A stretch of DNA of 64,000 nt from an uncultured Opitutales bacterium (GTDB taxonomy: Bacteria; Verrucomicrobiota; Verrucomicrobiia; Opitutales; T3Sed10-336). The first letter of the stretch is position 1. Every line of letters begins with the position of its first letter. The position numbers and the translations under genes were made by a program. Location: positions 6,297-70,296 of the forward strand of contig CAZYAN010000007.1 in the NCBI GenBank assembly GCA_964645585.1, in the 5' to 3' direction. Below, in pieces: positions 1-10,466 of the stretch. Below the pieces are notes generated by a model that did not search any database, had not been told where the DNA came from, and saw only the letters and a list, made by a program, of their open reading frames with translations.

Positions 1-1
1 C

Positions 2-415
2 GTGCCGATCCAAATCATTCCCGGCGCCGGTTTTACCGCGTGGGCTGAAGCGCTTCCGGAGGGCGAGCGGGGCGAACTCGACGATCCCGGCGGATTCGGG
101 ATCCCGAATATCCTTCGCTACGCCTTCGGCATGAATCCGCTTCAACCCGACCGAGGCGCCTTGCCTCGCCTCAAATGGACCGAAGACGGCTCCGAATCCC
201 GCCTTCAGATAACCTTCATTCGGCGCGTCGATGATCCGGAATTGATTTACACGGTCGAAGGCTCCGTCGACCTCGTAGTCTGGTCGGCCTTAGTGGATCC
301 CGTTCTCACGAGCGCGCCGATGGACATTGCCACGGAAACCGTCACGGTCACCGACACAGTTGCCCCCAGCACCATGGCTCGGCGCTTCCTGCGAATCAGC
401 GTTTCGCGGCCGTGA
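2..415 (+). CDS. 3' end of a large secreted protein, truncated at the 5' end by the window edge. It carries the conserved C-terminal domain (CTD) shared with three proteins at 32.7-46.8 kb.
   Basis: The frame is open from the window edge to the stop at 413-415. Motifs IPNILRYAFGMNP, YTVEGSVDLVVW and RRFLRISV align with the C-termini of the ORFs ending at 32754, 36559 and 42315. Confidence 0.7.
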   Translation: MPIQIIPGAGFTAWAEALPEGERGELDDPGGFGIPNILRYAFGMNPLQPDRGALPRLKWTEDGSESRLQITFIRRVDDPELIYTVEGSVDLVVWSALVDPVLTSAPMDIATETVTVTDTVAPSTMARRFLRISVSRP

Positions 416-431
416 TGCGGCGGCGCCGGCA

Positions 432-1445
432 TCAGAACAGCTTTCGATAGCCGTGACAGTACGGGACGCCCCCGGTTCTTGTGTAATAATCCTGGTGGTA
501 ATTTTCCGCCTTCCAAAAGGTTCCGGCTGGAGTAATCTCCGTCGCGACATCATAGCCCTTCTCCCTCAGGAGTGCGACGAGCTTCTCCGCGACTTCCTTC
601 TGCTCGTCGTTGAGGTAAAAGATCGCCGAGCGGTATTGCGTGCCGATGTCCGGTCCCTGCCGGTTGACTTGCGTCGGATCGTGCGTTTCAAAAAATACCC
701 GGGCGAGCTCCTCGTAGGAGACTTTTTCTGGATCGAAAACAACCTGCACGGCTTCCGCGTGACCGGTTTTCCCGGTGCAGACTTCTTCGTAGGTCGGATT
801 CTCCTTGGTGCCTCCCGTGTAGCCGGATTCGGCCGAAATCACACCATCCAGCTTTTGCAAAAAGTATTCGGTGCCCCAAAAGCAGCCCGAAGCAAAAATC
901 GCTGTTTGCGTCTCCGTGCCGGCCGCCTTCGCGCCGGACGCGGCCGGAATGAACTTCATGGAAATCGAGTTCACGCAATGCCGCGTGTCTTTCGGCGTGA
1001 ATCCTTCCCCGAGAAAAACGTGTCCGAGGTGGCCGCCGCAATTGGCGCAAATGATCTCGGTTCGCATGCCGTCAGGATCCGGCACACGCTTCACCGCCCC
1101 TTCAATCTCGTCGTCAAAGCTCGGCCAGCCGCAGTGCGACTCGAACTTGTCCTCCGAGCGGTAAAGCGGCGCGTCGCAGCGCCGGCAGACGTAGGTCCCC
1201 GGTTCTTTGTTGTTGAGATACTCGCCGGTAAACGGGCGCTCGGTTCCTTTGTGGAGAATGACGCGCTCTTCTTCAGACGTCAGTTCATTGTACTGCCGGT
1301 CATTTTTGGGTTCGCTCATAGCCTCAGGAAAACATGCCGCGAAAAGCGGGAGAAGGAATACCGCGACCCAAGCCACCCTCGCCCGCCTCCAGCCTGGCGA
1401 TCGGCCGCAGGGATAATCGGTGCTGGTGACAGAGGCGCGATTCAT
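432..1445 (-). CDS. msrAB: Bifunctional methionine sulfoxide reductase, MsrB domain followed by MsrA domain, with an N-terminal signal or lipoprotein-like peptide.
   Basis: MsrB motifs CRRCDAPLY, GWPSF and CANCGGHLGHVF. MsrA motif GCFWG plus GHAEAVQVVFDP. The start is trimmed to MNRASV (Met87 of the track ORF) so that it does not run into panD. The hydrophobic stretch VAVFLLPLFAAC looks like a lipobox. Confidence 0.9.
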   Translation of the reverse strand: MNRASVTSTDYPCGRSPGWRRARVAWVAVFLLPLFAACFPEAMSEPKNDRQYNELTSEEERVILHKGTERPFTGEYLNNKEPGTYVCRRCDAPLYRSEDKFESHCGWPSFDDEIEGAVKRVPDPDGMRTEIICANCGGHLGHVFLGEGFTPKDTRHCVNSISMKFIPAASGAKAAGTETQTAIFASGCFWGTEYFLQKLDGVISAESGYTGGTKENPTYEEVCTGKTGHAEAVQVVFDPEKVSYEELARVFFETHDPTQVNRQGPDIGTQYRSAIFYLNDEQKEVAEKLVALLREKGYDVATEITPAGTFWKAENYHQDYYTRTGGVPYCHGYRKLF

Positions 1446-1678
1446 CGGTTTTTGTTTTCCGCAACCTACCATGATTCTTTGCAAAACGCACGACGCGATT
1501 GGCAATTGGCCGATCGTTTGCCAGTTTTTCCAGGCGCGCGGCCGTCCGGACGATCGGCTGGCCCGGCACCGAGAGATTTTGCACGATCCGCCGGTCTGTG
1601 CCAGTCTTCTTCGCGGATTGCTTGTTGACGATAGAAAGCTTTCCCGCTTGTTAAGTTTGTTTACGCCGGACCGATCCC

Positions 1679-2044
1679 ATGCAGGTACAACTTGTAAAAT
1701 CAAAGATTCACCGGGCCGAAGTCACCGACTCCAGCCTGAACTACACGGGCAGCCTCGCCATTGATCGCGAATGGATGGATTTGACGGGTTTGCGGCCTTA
1801 CGAAAAGATCCTCGTGGGGAACATCGCCAACGGGGAGCGGTTCGAAACGTACGCGATTCCCGCGCCGGCCGGCTCAAAGAAAATCAGTCTGAACGGCGGC
1901 ACGGCGCACCTGGGCAAAATCGGTGATTTGATCACGATCATGGCATTCGCCTGGGTCGACGAGGCGGAGGCCGAAAACTGGAAACCGCGGGTCATCGTAC
2001 TTGGCGACCAGAACCGCAAGATCATCCGACAGAGCAATAAATAA
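1679..2044 (+). CDS. panD: Aspartate 1-decarboxylase
   Basis: [28 protein letters not shown] includes the Gly-Ser self-processing site. The length of 121 aa is typical of PanD. Confidence 0.93.
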   Translation: MQVQLVKSKIHRAEVTDSSLNYTGSLAIDREWMDLTGLRPYEKILVGNIANGERFETYAIPAPAGSKKISLNGGTAHLGKIGDLITIMAFAWVDEAEAENWKPRVIVLGDQNRKIIRQSNK

Positions 2045-2063
2045 AAGACAGTCAAATTCTTCC

Positions 2064-3149
2064 GTGAGCTACAAACTCTTCATACCCGGGCCGGTCGAAG
2101 TCTCCGCGAAAACCTACCAAGCCATGACCACTCCGGTCTTTGGCCATCGCAGCAGTAACTTCGTCGAACTTTACCAGTCGATTCAGCCGGACCTGCAAAA
2201 GCTTTTTTACACCGCTGATCCCGTCTTCCTGAGCACCAGCAGCGCTTGGGGCGTCATGGAAGGCGCCGTGCGCAACGTGAGCACGAAGCGCGTCCTCAAT
2301 TGCATGAGCGGCGCGTTTTCCGACAAATGGCACGACGTTTGTCAGCGCTGCGGAAAAGAGGCAACGGCCCTCCAATTCGAGTGGGGCCAGCCGGTTGACC
2401 CCGACGCTATCCGCCGCGAACTCGCGACCGGAAAATTTGACGCCATTACCCTCGTCCATAACGAGACGTCGACCGGCACGATGAACCCGCTTCCGGAAAT
2501 TATGGCGGTCATTCGCGAGTTCCCGGAAGTGATGTCGATTGTCGACACAGTCAGCTCCTTCTCGGCCTTGCCGATCCCGAAAGACGAACTCGGCATCGAT
2601 GTTCTTTTGACCGGCTCCCAGAAAGCCCTCGCGCTGCCGCCCGGGCTCGCGCTCTTCTCCGTGTCCCAGCGAGCGCTCGATCGCGCGAAGAATGTGCCGG
2701 GGCGCGGGTACTACTTCGACTTCATCGAGTTCCTGAAAAACCATGAAAAGGGGATGACGCCGAGCACGCCGACGATTCCGCATATCTTCGCGCTTCGCTC
2801 AAAGCTCGCGGACATCTTCACCGAAGGTCTCGCCAACCGCTATGCGCGTCACAAGCGTTTAAACCAGCGGGTCCATGACTGGGCGGCCGGACACGGTTTT
2901 GAACTTTTTCCCGCCAAGGGTTTTGCATCCGTCACGCTGACCTGCGTCCGCAACAACCTCGAAATCGACGTTGCGGGCCTCAACAAGATTTTAAAGGAGG
3001 AGTTCCATTGCGTCATCGATGGCGGCTACGGGAAAATCAAGGGGAAGACGTTCCGCATTTCCAACATGGGCGATGAAACCGATGAAACAATGCAGGAACT
3101 GCTCGGACACCTCGATGCCGCACTGGAAAAGCTGAAAGAACGAGCCTAG
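2064..3149 (+). CDS. Class V (PLP-dependent) aminotransferase of the serine-pyruvate/alanine-glyoxylate type.
   Basis: N-terminal LFIPGPVEV and the PLP-lysine motif LLTGSQKALALPPGL. The start is set at in-frame GTG 2064, because the ATG at 2001 would overlap panD by 44 nt. The start remains uncertain. Confidence 0.85.
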   Translation: MSYKLFIPGPVEVSAKTYQAMTTPVFGHRSSNFVELYQSIQPDLQKLFYTADPVFLSTSSAWGVMEGAVRNVSTKRVLNCMSGAFSDKWHDVCQRCGKEATALQFEWGQPVDPDAIRRELATGKFDAITLVHNETSTGTMNPLPEIMAVIREFPEVMSIVDTVSSFSALPIPKDELGIDVLLTGSQKALALPPGLALFSVSQRALDRAKNVPGRGYYFDFIEFLKNHEKGMTPSTPTIPHIFALRSKLADIFTEGLANRYARHKRLNQRVHDWAAGHGFELFPAKGFASVTLTCVRNNLEIDVAGLNKILKEEFHCVIDGGYGKIKGKTFRISNMGDETDETMQELLGHLDAALEKLKERA

Positions 3150-3184
3150 GCGCGACCCGGGCGCACCGTTGCCCCTCAATTATC

Positions 3185-5656
3185 ATGAAGAAATTGATCA
3201 TAGCCGAGAAACCCAGCGTCGCCCGCGACCTCGCCTCCGCGCTGGGTCGCGTGCCGAAGAAGGGCGACGTGTACGAAAACGACGAATACGTCATCTCTTC
3301 GGCCGTCGGCCATCTGGTCGAACTTTTCATGCCGGACGATATCGACAAGAAGTTCAAGGCATGGAGCCTGAAGACCTTGCCGATCATCCCGGAAAAATTT
3401 CAGCTCAAGCCGATCGAGAAAACAAAACCGAAGTTTAACGAGCTCAAGAAGCTCCTCCGGCGCAAAGACATCGAATACGTCATCAACGCCTGTGACGCCG
3501 GGCGAGAAGGCGAGCTGATCTTCAGCTACATCTACGAACTTTCGAACTCGAAACTTCCCGTCAAGCGCCTCTGGATGGTGTCGATGACGCCATCCGGCAT
3601 TCGCGAAGCGTTTGCCAATATCCGCGACGCCGAGGAAATGCGGCCGCTTCAAAACGCGGCCCGCTGTCGAAGCGAGTCCGACTGGCTGATCGGGATCAAC
3701 GGCACCCGCGCGCTGACAAAACGGATGTTCGGCATCCAGAATGTCGCCACCGTCGGCCGCGTGCAAACCCCCACCCTGGCCTTGGTTGTCGACCGCGAGC
3801 ACGCGATCCGCGCGTTTGAACCGCGGACATTCTGGCAGGTCAAAGCCACCTTCAAGATCGCCGAAGGCGAATACATCGGAATTTACCAGCGGCCCGATTT
3901 CAAGAAGGGCGACGATCCGCACGACCGCGCTGACCGCCTCTGGGAACGCCAGGCGGCCGAAGCGGTTCGCGAAGCTTCCTCGGGCAAACGCGCGGTCGTC
4001 ACCGAGGAGAAAAAGCGCACCCGCCAAGCGTGCGGCCGCCTCTACGATCTCACCAGTCTCCAGCGCGAAGCGAACGGCCGCTTCGGCTTTCCCGCCGGCA
4101 AAACCCTTCGCGTCGCGCAGGCTCTTTACGAACGTCACAAGGTTCTGACCTATCCGCGAACCGATTCGCGGGCGCTGCCTGAGGACTACGGGCCCACCGT
4201 TCGCAACGCCCTCGCGGCCTTCGAAGGAGAATTGGCGCCCTTTGCCCGCCGCATCCTCGAGAACGACTGGGTGAAGCCGGGCAACAAGCGCATTTTCAAC
4301 AACGCCCAGGTCAGCGACCACTTTGCGATCATTCCAACCGGCGTCTTTCGCTCGTCGCTCAACGACGACGAACGGAAGATCTTCGACATGGTCTGCCGGC
4401 GTTTCATCGGCATTTTCTTTCCGCCTGCCGAGTTCGATGTGACGACTCGGATGTCGACGGTCGGAGAGCACGGTTTCAAAACCGAAGGCAAAGTCCTCGT
4501 CGTGCCGGGCTGGCTCGAGGTTCAGGGAAAGTCGACGACCGACGCCACCCTTCCCCCGCTCACAGCCGCCGACGGCCAGCCGCCTGAAGCCGATGTCCTT
4601 TCCGTCGAGTGCGAAGAAGACACAACCCGGCCGCCTCCGCGCTACAACGAGGCGACCCTCCTGGCCGCCATGGAAACGGCCGGCAAGCTGGTTGAGGACG
4701 AAGAACTTGCCGAGGCGATGAAGGACTCGGGACTCGGCACCCCGGCGACGCGCGCGGCAACAATCGACCACCTGATCAACGAAAAATATCTCCTCCGCGA
4801 AGGACGCGAACTCGCACCGACACCGAAGGCCGAAGAGCTGATCGAGTTTCTGCGGACCGTCGGAGCAAACACGCTCACCAGTCCGACGATGACCGGTGAA
4901 TGGGAGCATCGCCTCCGCCAGATGGAGCAAGGCAAGCTTTCGCGATCAGAGTTCATGGAGGGGATCAAAAAGCTGACGAGTGAACTCGTTGATCGCACCC
5001 GCGGCTTTGAGGAACGGGATGAGGATCTTCCGGAAACGAAGTTCATTTCCCCAACCGATTCGAAACCGATGCGTGAAGCGATGCGCTTCTATCGCTCCCA
5101 GGACGGCCAGTTGACCATCTACAAAAACATGGGCAACCGGAAACTCCAGGACGAGGAAATCGAAACGCTCTTGCGCGACGGCCGGGTCGGGCCGCTCGAC
5201 GGTTTCCGCTCCAAGCGCGGCAAACCGTTTTCCGCTATGCTCGTCCTCGAGAACAACAAGGTGAAGTTCGATTTCGGCCAGAATGGCGAAAACGGCGAAG
5301 ACGGAACGGCCAACATCGCCGATTACCCGGTGATCGCCACCTGTCCGCTCGATGGGGCGCCGGTCCATGAAACGCCGACCGGGTATGTTTGTGCCAATTA
5401 CAAAAACGGCGAAAACGGGTGTTCGTTCCGCATCGGCCGGACGATTCTCGGCCGGCCAATCGCACCGGCGGAATTCAAGCAGCTGGTTGAAAACCGGAAG
5501 ACGGAGTTGCTCAAAGGCTTCCGCTCCAATCGGACCAAACGGCTTTTCGACGCGTTCCTGGTTTTGAAAGACAACGGAAACATCGGGTTCGAGTTTCCGC
5601 CCCGGCCGCCCAAGAAGGAACGCAAAGCACCCGCCGCCAAAAGCAACCCGAGCTAG
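3185..5656 (+). CDS. topB: Type IA DNA topoisomerase, topoisomerase III-like, with C-terminal repeats.
   Basis: Toprim N-terminus MKKLIIAEKPSVARDLA. TYPRTDSR contains the catalytic Tyr context. The C-terminal repeats are FRSKRGKPFSAMLVLENNKVKFDF and FRSNRTKRLFDAFLVLKDNGNIGFEF. Confidence 0.9.
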   Translation: MKKLIIAEKPSVARDLASALGRVPKKGDVYENDEYVISSAVGHLVELFMPDDIDKKFKAWSLKTLPIIPEKFQLKPIEKTKPKFNELKKLLRRKDIEYVINACDAGREGELIFSYIYELSNSKLPVKRLWMVSMTPSGIREAFANIRDAEEMRPLQNAARCRSESDWLIGINGTRALTKRMFGIQNVATVGRVQTPTLALVVDREHAIRAFEPRTFWQVKATFKIAEGEYIGIYQRPDFKKGDDPHDRADRLWERQAAEAVREASSGKRAVVTEEKKRTRQACGRLYDLTSLQREANGRFGFPAGKTLRVAQALYERHKVLTYPRTDSRALPEDYGPTVRNALAAFEGELAPFARRILENDWVKPGNKRIFNNAQVSDHFAIIPTGVFRSSLNDDERKIFDMVCRRFIGIFFPPAEFDVTTRMSTVGEHGFKTEGKVLVVPGWLEVQGKSTTDATLPPLTAADGQPPEADVLSVECEEDTTRPPPRYNEATLLAAMETAGKLVEDEELAEAMKDSGLGTPATRAATIDHLINEKYLLREGRELAPTPKAEELIEFLRTVGANTLTSPTMTGEWEHRLRQMEQGKLSRSEFMEGIKKLTSELVDRTRGFEERDEDLPETKFISPTDSKPMREAMRFYRSQDGQLTIYKNMGNRKLQDEEIETLLRDGRVGPLDGFRSKRGKPFSAMLVLENNKVKFDFGQNGENGEDGTANIADYPVIATCPLDGAPVHETPTGYVCANYKNGENGCSFRIGRTILGRPIAPAEFKQLVENRKTELLKGFRSNRTKRLFDAFLVLKDNGNIGFEFPPRPPKKERKAPAAKSNPS

Positions 5657-5803
5657 AACCGAAACGAATCGCCAGACTTGTGATTCAATTCGAGTTCTTC
5701 TCCTTTGTCTCCTTCCTTCCCTTCTGTTCTCCTGTATCCGCTTTTCCGTGAGTTTTTTGATATTTCCTGAGGATTCGATCTTACAATCACAAATTCCTGA
5801 ATT

Positions 5804-6622
5804 TTGAGCACGGAAGATTCACAGCAGGCCAAACCGTTTTCCCGTCCCGATAACCGCCGGGAGAACGAGCTTCGGCCGATTCATTTTCAACCGGATATCG
5901 CTCCGCATGCGCCGGGCTCTGTACTGGTGAGCTTCGGGATGACGCGAGTCATCTGCGCCGCCAGTCTCGAAAAGCGCGTCCCATCCTGGATGCGCCAGCA
6001 GAATGTTCCTGGCGGGTGGCTGAGCGCCGAGTATTCGATGCTCCCGTACAGCACGCTCGACAGGAAACAGCGCGACATCAACCGCGGCAGACTCGATGGC
6101 CGCACCGTCGAGATCCAGCGCTTGATCGGACGCTCGCTCCGGGCCTGCGTTGATTTGCAAAAGCTCCCCGGGCAGACCCTCTGGCTCGACTGCGACGTTC
6201 TCCAGGCCGATGGCGGGACGCGCACCGCCGCCATTACCGGCGCCTACGTCGCCGCTCGAATTGCTGTCGAAAAAGCAATCATCCATGGCGAGATTCCCGA
6301 AAATCCTTTCGTCGATTCCATCGCCGCCGTCAGCGTCGGAATCTATGAGGATCAAGCGGTTCTCGACCTTAATTACATCGAAGACAAAGACGCGAGCGTC
6401 GACTTCAATGTCGTCATGACTGGACAAGGCCGCTACGTCGAAGTGCAGGGTTCGGGCGAAGAAGCGACGTTTTCGGAGGAGCAGCTCGCTCAGCTTCTCG
6501 CACTCGCCCGCGGCGGCATCAAGGGAATCACGCGTAAGCAAAGCGAATTCCTCGAAGCCAATCTTCCGAAAAAACCGCCGCCCCCGGCTTCAGATTCCAA
6601 TTTCAATACGCTTCCGCTGTAA
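5804..6622 (+). CDS. rph: Ribonuclease PH
   Basis: ELRPI...APGSVLVSFGMTRVICAAS, DGRTVEIQRLIGRSLR and LQADGGTRTAAITGAYVA. The TTG start from the ORF track is uncertain. Confidence 0.9.
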   Translation: MSTEDSQQAKPFSRPDNRRENELRPIHFQPDIAPHAPGSVLVSFGMTRVICAASLEKRVPSWMRQQNVPGGWLSAEYSMLPYSTLDRKQRDINRGRLDGRTVEIQRLIGRSLRACVDLQKLPGQTLWLDCDVLQADGGTRTAAITGAYVAARIAVEKAIIHGEIPENPFVDSIAAVSVGIYEDQAVLDLNYIEDKDASVDFNVVMTGQGRYVEVQGSGEEATFSEEQLAQLLALARGGIKGITRKQSEFLEANLPKKPPPPASDSNFNTLPL

Positions 6623-6661
6623 CAGGCCTGCAAACACCGGGCGGCACAGTGACACTGGCAG

Positions 6662-8464
6662 TTACGACCAGCGCAAACGGCGCCAGGCGCGATTGAGTAG
6701 ATAGGTTGAGACCACGGCGACGATGGTAAACACGATTGCCCGCGCGGTGTACCCGTAAATCCAATACCCAGTGCCAAACATCGCGCTGTAGACCGCGACG
6801 CAGCCGAGCACCATGCAGAGGATGCCGGCGGGAACGTTCCAGTCATTCTGGACACCCTCCGCATCCAGCTCGTTTTCTTTCCCTTGCGCGCGCGCCTCCT
6901 CAATCACCTTTTGCCAGCCGGGGCCGCCGGGACGAATCCGGCGGTAAAAGGAAAGGAGCTTTTCCTGATCAGTCGGTCGCGTCAGATACATCGCCGCGAA
7001 CCATCCGGTCGTCGTGATCGCGACACCGAGCACCAGCTTCTGCCAACCATCGATAGCCGGCAGTGGAAGAAGCGGATGCACGTATTGAAAATAGACAGCA
7101 ACACCAAACGAAACCGCCATTGCGGCGATCTCGGCGATGGCGTTGATGCGCCACCAAAACCAGCGAAGAATGAAGATCAACCCGGTTCCAGCACCAACCT
7201 GCAGAATGATCTCAAACGCGTTCACCGCGTCCTGCAGCGACAGCGCAAGAAGGATCGCCAGCACCATCAGCAAAACCGTGCTCACCCGGCCCGCGAAGAC
7301 CAGCTCGCGTTCGGTCGCCTTCGGATTCCAGAAACGGCGATAAAAGTCATGTACAAGGTAAGAGGCGCCGAAGTTGAGGTGCGTGGAGGCCGTGGACATG
7401 TACGCCGCGATCAGAGACGCCATGACTAATCCGAGGAGACCGGGCGGAAGAAATGTCAGCATTGCCGGATAGCCCAGATCATGACCGATCAACGCGTCTG
7501 GCAATTGCGGAAACCGCTGCCGAATCGATTCGATGTCGGGAAAAACCACCAGCGAACAGAGCGCCACGATAATCCACGGCCACGGTCGCAGCGCGTAGTG
7601 TGCCACATTGAAGAACAGGCTCGCCTTCGCCGCGCCTTGCTCGTCGCGCGCGGCGAGCATTCGTTGCGCCTGGTAGCTGCCGCCGCCCGGCTCGGCACCT
7701 GGATACCAGACGCTCCACCATTGCACCGCGAGCGGGATAATGAAAATCGTCAGCGCGAGTTCCCAATCCCCGAAATCGGGAAAAATCGAGAGTTTCCCCT
7801 GGACGTTTTCGTGTGCCAGCAGACTTCCGAGACCACCCACCTCCGGAAGTCCCACGACCCACCACGCCGCGCCGACCGCTCCGGTCATGGCCACGATAAA
7901 GAGCAGAAAGTCGGTCAGCAGCACACCGCGCAATCCGCCGGCCGCCGAGTAAATAACCGTCACCGTTCCCGCCAGCAAACCGGTCTGCCATGGACTCCAG
8001 CCCAGGAGGATGTTGGCAATTTTCATCGCCGCGAGCGTCACGGACGCCATCACAAGCGTATTGAAGAAGAGCCCGAGATAAACAGCTCGGAAACCTCGCA
8101 AGAACGCGGCGGACTTCCCGCTGTATCGCAGCTCATAAAACTCAAGGTCGGTCAGCGCCTCGGACTTCCGCCAAAGCTTGGCATAGACAAACGCGGTCAG
8201 CATGCCGGTGAGCAGAAATGCCCACCACATCCAGTTTCCCGCCACACCGCGCTCCCGAACAAGCCCCGTCACCAGATTCGGCGTATCCGACGAAAACGTC
8301 GTCGCCACCATCGAAACACCGAGGAGCCACCAAGGCATGCTTCGTCCCGAAAGAAAAAACTCTTCCGCGCTCTCGCTCGCCTTTCGCGTCACCGCCAAAC
8401 CGACGACAAGCGAAATAACGAAAAACCCAACGATGAAAACCCAGTCGATAACGTGCAGCTCCAC
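6662..8464 (-). CDS. Sodium:solute symporter (SSS) family transporter
   Basis: 600 aa and multi-spanning. The N-terminus FFLSGRSMPWWLLGVSMVATTFSSDTP is typical of the SSS family. Confidence 0.88.
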   Translation of the reverse strand: MELHVIDWVFIVGFFVISLVVGLAVTRKASESAEEFFLSGRSMPWWLLGVSMVATTFSSDTPNLVTGLVRERGVAGNWMWWAFLLTGMLTAFVYAKLWRKSEALTDLEFYELRYSGKSAAFLRGFRAVYLGLFFNTLVMASVTLAAMKIANILLGWSPWQTGLLAGTVTVIYSAAGGLRGVLLTDFLLFIVAMTGAVGAAWWVVGLPEVGGLGSLLAHENVQGKLSIFPDFGDWELALTIFIIPLAVQWWSVWYPGAEPGGGSYQAQRMLAARDEQGAAKASLFFNVAHYALRPWPWIIVALCSLVVFPDIESIRQRFPQLPDALIGHDLGYPAMLTFLPPGLLGLVMASLIAAYMSTASTHLNFGASYLVHDFYRRFWNPKATERELVFAGRVSTVLLMVLAILLALSLQDAVNAFEIILQVGAGTGLIFILRWFWWRINAIAEIAAMAVSFGVAVYFQYVHPLLPLPAIDGWQKLVLGVAITTTGWFAAMYLTRPTDQEKLLSFYRRIRPGGPGWQKVIEEARAQGKENELDAEGVQNDWNVPAGILCMVLGCVAVYSAMFGTGYWIYGYTARAIVFTIVAVVSTYLLNRAWRRLRWS

Positions 8465-8619
8465 AAGCCGAAGTCAGCCAACCAATTCCCTTCGTGGCAA
8501 GAATGGATTCCGCACTCCGCCCGGCGCACGACCGCCGTTTCTCCGGTTCGCCCCGCCGCCGGGAACGGGCTCAGCCTCATTGGCCGAATCGCGGCGCCCG
8601 TGATATTGTCACCGGTAAA

Positions 8620-9417
8620 GTGAATTTTCCCGCAGATACCCTCAAAGGTAAAACCGCGTTCATCACCGGCGGCAGCTCGGGCATCGGGCGGGCAACGGCC
8701 GTGACTTTCGCCAAGGCGGGGGCGCGGGTGGCGATTCTCAGCCGGACGCAGGACGAGCTTCGCGATGCCGCCGATGAGATTGAAAAGGCCGGAGGGGAAG
8801 CGCTGGTCGTTGCCGGTGATGTTTCCGACGCTTCCTCAATCGAAGCAGCCGTCGATCAAATCGCGAGTCGCTGGGGCCGGCTGGACATCGCTTTCGCCAA
8901 CGCGGGAATCAACGGCGTCTGGGCACCGCTCGATGAACTTTCCTGCGCCGACTGGACGACCACGATCGCGATCAACCTCACCGGCACATTCATCACGATC
9001 AAGGCGAGCCTCCCGCTGCTGAAAAAGCAGGGAGGCGCCGTGATCATCACATCGTCGGTCAACGGAACGCGGATGTTCAGCAATACCGGCGCGTCCGCCT
9101 ATGCGACTTCCAAGGCAGGACAGGTCGCGCTGGGTCGGATGCTTGCGCTTGAGCTGGCCGCGTTCCGCATACGCGTCAACACCATCTGTCCCGGTGCCAT
9201 CGCCACCTCGATCGACGAAAGCACCGACGCGCGCGATCTCGAACACATCCGGCTGCCGATCAAATTCCCGGAGGGAAAAATTCCGTTAACCCATGGCGAA
9301 CCGGGCACCGCCGAACAAGTCGCGGAAACTGTCTTGTTCCTCGCCTCGGACGCCGCGAGCCACATCACCGGCACCGAAATCTTCATCGACGGCGCGCAAT
9401 CCCTTTTTCAAGGCTGA
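8620..9417 (+). CDS. Short-chain dehydrogenase/reductase (SDR)
   Basis: TGGSSGIGRA Rossmann motif, NAGI, and the YATSKAG catalytic Tyr-x3-Lys. The start is trimmed to GTG 8620, because the upstream 42 codons are Arg/Pro-rich and unlikely to be coding. Confidence 0.88.
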   Translation: MNFPADTLKGKTAFITGGSSGIGRATAVTFAKAGARVAILSRTQDELRDAADEIEKAGGEALVVAGDVSDASSIEAAVDQIASRWGRLDIAFANAGINGVWAPLDELSCADWTTTIAINLTGTFITIKASLPLLKKQGGAVIITSSVNGTRMFSNTGASAYATSKAGQVALGRMLALELAAFRIRVNTICPGAIATSIDESTDARDLEHIRLPIKFPEGKIPLTHGEPGTAEQVAETVLFLASDAASHITGTEIFIDGAQSLFQG

Positions 9418-9459
9418 GTTGCCAGCCAGTCCCGATTCGTTTCCTGGAGCCTTGGGTTC

Positions 9460-10362
9460 TCAGCGGAGAAGATCGTCAACCGCGACGGCCAGGTCAACCA
9501 AGTATTCGTCGCCTTTCGGATGCTCGGTGAGCGCGACGAGAATGTAATGGCGGTTCGGGCCGGTGATGATCGCGGTGTCGTGCAGCCAGTTTTTCCAAGA
9601 ACCCCATTTGCGCAAAAGTTCGACATCGCGATCCGCAAGCGCTTTCACGAATTTGATCTTGTCGTGCGGCAGGTCGGGAGATCGGAGGAGATCTTTCATC
9701 AGCGCCGAAGCCTCAGGGGAAATCAACTTTCCCTGCTCGAGCAACAGGTAGAAGCGCAGGAGCTGGCGGACTGTGGCGCCATGAGAATTGTCACCAACGG
9801 GATCACCGTAGCGCGGTTCAGCCAATCCGTAATGCTTGCCGACCCACAGACCGCCCCCGCGCTCCGCGTTGTAGAATTGATACGAGTCCAGAACCTTCTG
9901 GATCTTTTTCAAGCCGAGCTCCTGTGAAAACCGTGCCGCCATTTCGTTGCTCGACTGCTTGACCATCTGGCCGAGCGCGAGCCGCGTTTCCGGCTCCAAG
10001 GCGGTGATCGCTTCCGGCTTGAGCTGAAAGTACGCAAGCATAATCCCGATCTTCGGCACGCTTGCCGCGTACTCGATTCGATCCGGGTTGATCATGGCCA
10101 GGCGCAGCGTTTTCAGATCAAGGACGCCTGCCGCGGTATCCTCGGGCGACATGCCGTGGCGCTCGCGCAAATTGCGGTCAATCTCTACAAGACGCGCCTG
10201 CAAGGCTTCATCAACGGGGGTGGTATAATCGATCGTATACTCCTTCATCGCATCAGGGGCGGCGGCCAGTTTGAAACTTGTAAACAACATCGCCGCGGAA
10301 CAAAGGAAAGCGGTCGCGCTTTGCCGTGCGCGGGTAAGCGGGGCTTTTTTTGCGAGCAACAT
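9460..10362 (-). CDS. Secreted class A beta-lactamase-like serine hydrolase
   Basis: Signal peptide, an SxxK motif (ASVPKI) and an SxN motif (SSNEMA). Confidence 0.72.
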   Translation of the reverse strand: MLLAKKAPLTRARQSATAFLCSAAMLFTSFKLAAAPDAMKEYTIDYTTPVDEALQARLVEIDRNLRERHGMSPEDTAAGVLDLKTLRLAMINPDRIEYAASVPKIGIMLAYFQLKPEAITALEPETRLALGQMVKQSSNEMAARFSQELGLKKIQKVLDSYQFYNAERGGGLWVGKHYGLAEPRYGDPVGDNSHGATVRQLLRFYLLLEQGKLISPEASALMKDLLRSPDLPHDKIKFVKALADRDVELLRKWGSWKNWLHDTAIITGPNRHYILVALTEHPKGDEYLVDLAVAVDDLLR

Positions 10363-10466
10363 GCGTATTCAACAGAGAATTACTGCGGAAAAATATGAGC
10401 GAGCCCTTCCCTGACAGCCCCGGCGCCCGGAGTTGCGGGCGCCGAGGCCGTCACGAAGGAGCCTTA

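Noticed and set aside
3176-4930. 584-aa minus-strand ORF opposite topB.
   Set aside because: The plus strand encodes an unmistakable type IA topoisomerase. The minus frame is low-complexity and Arg/Gly-rich.
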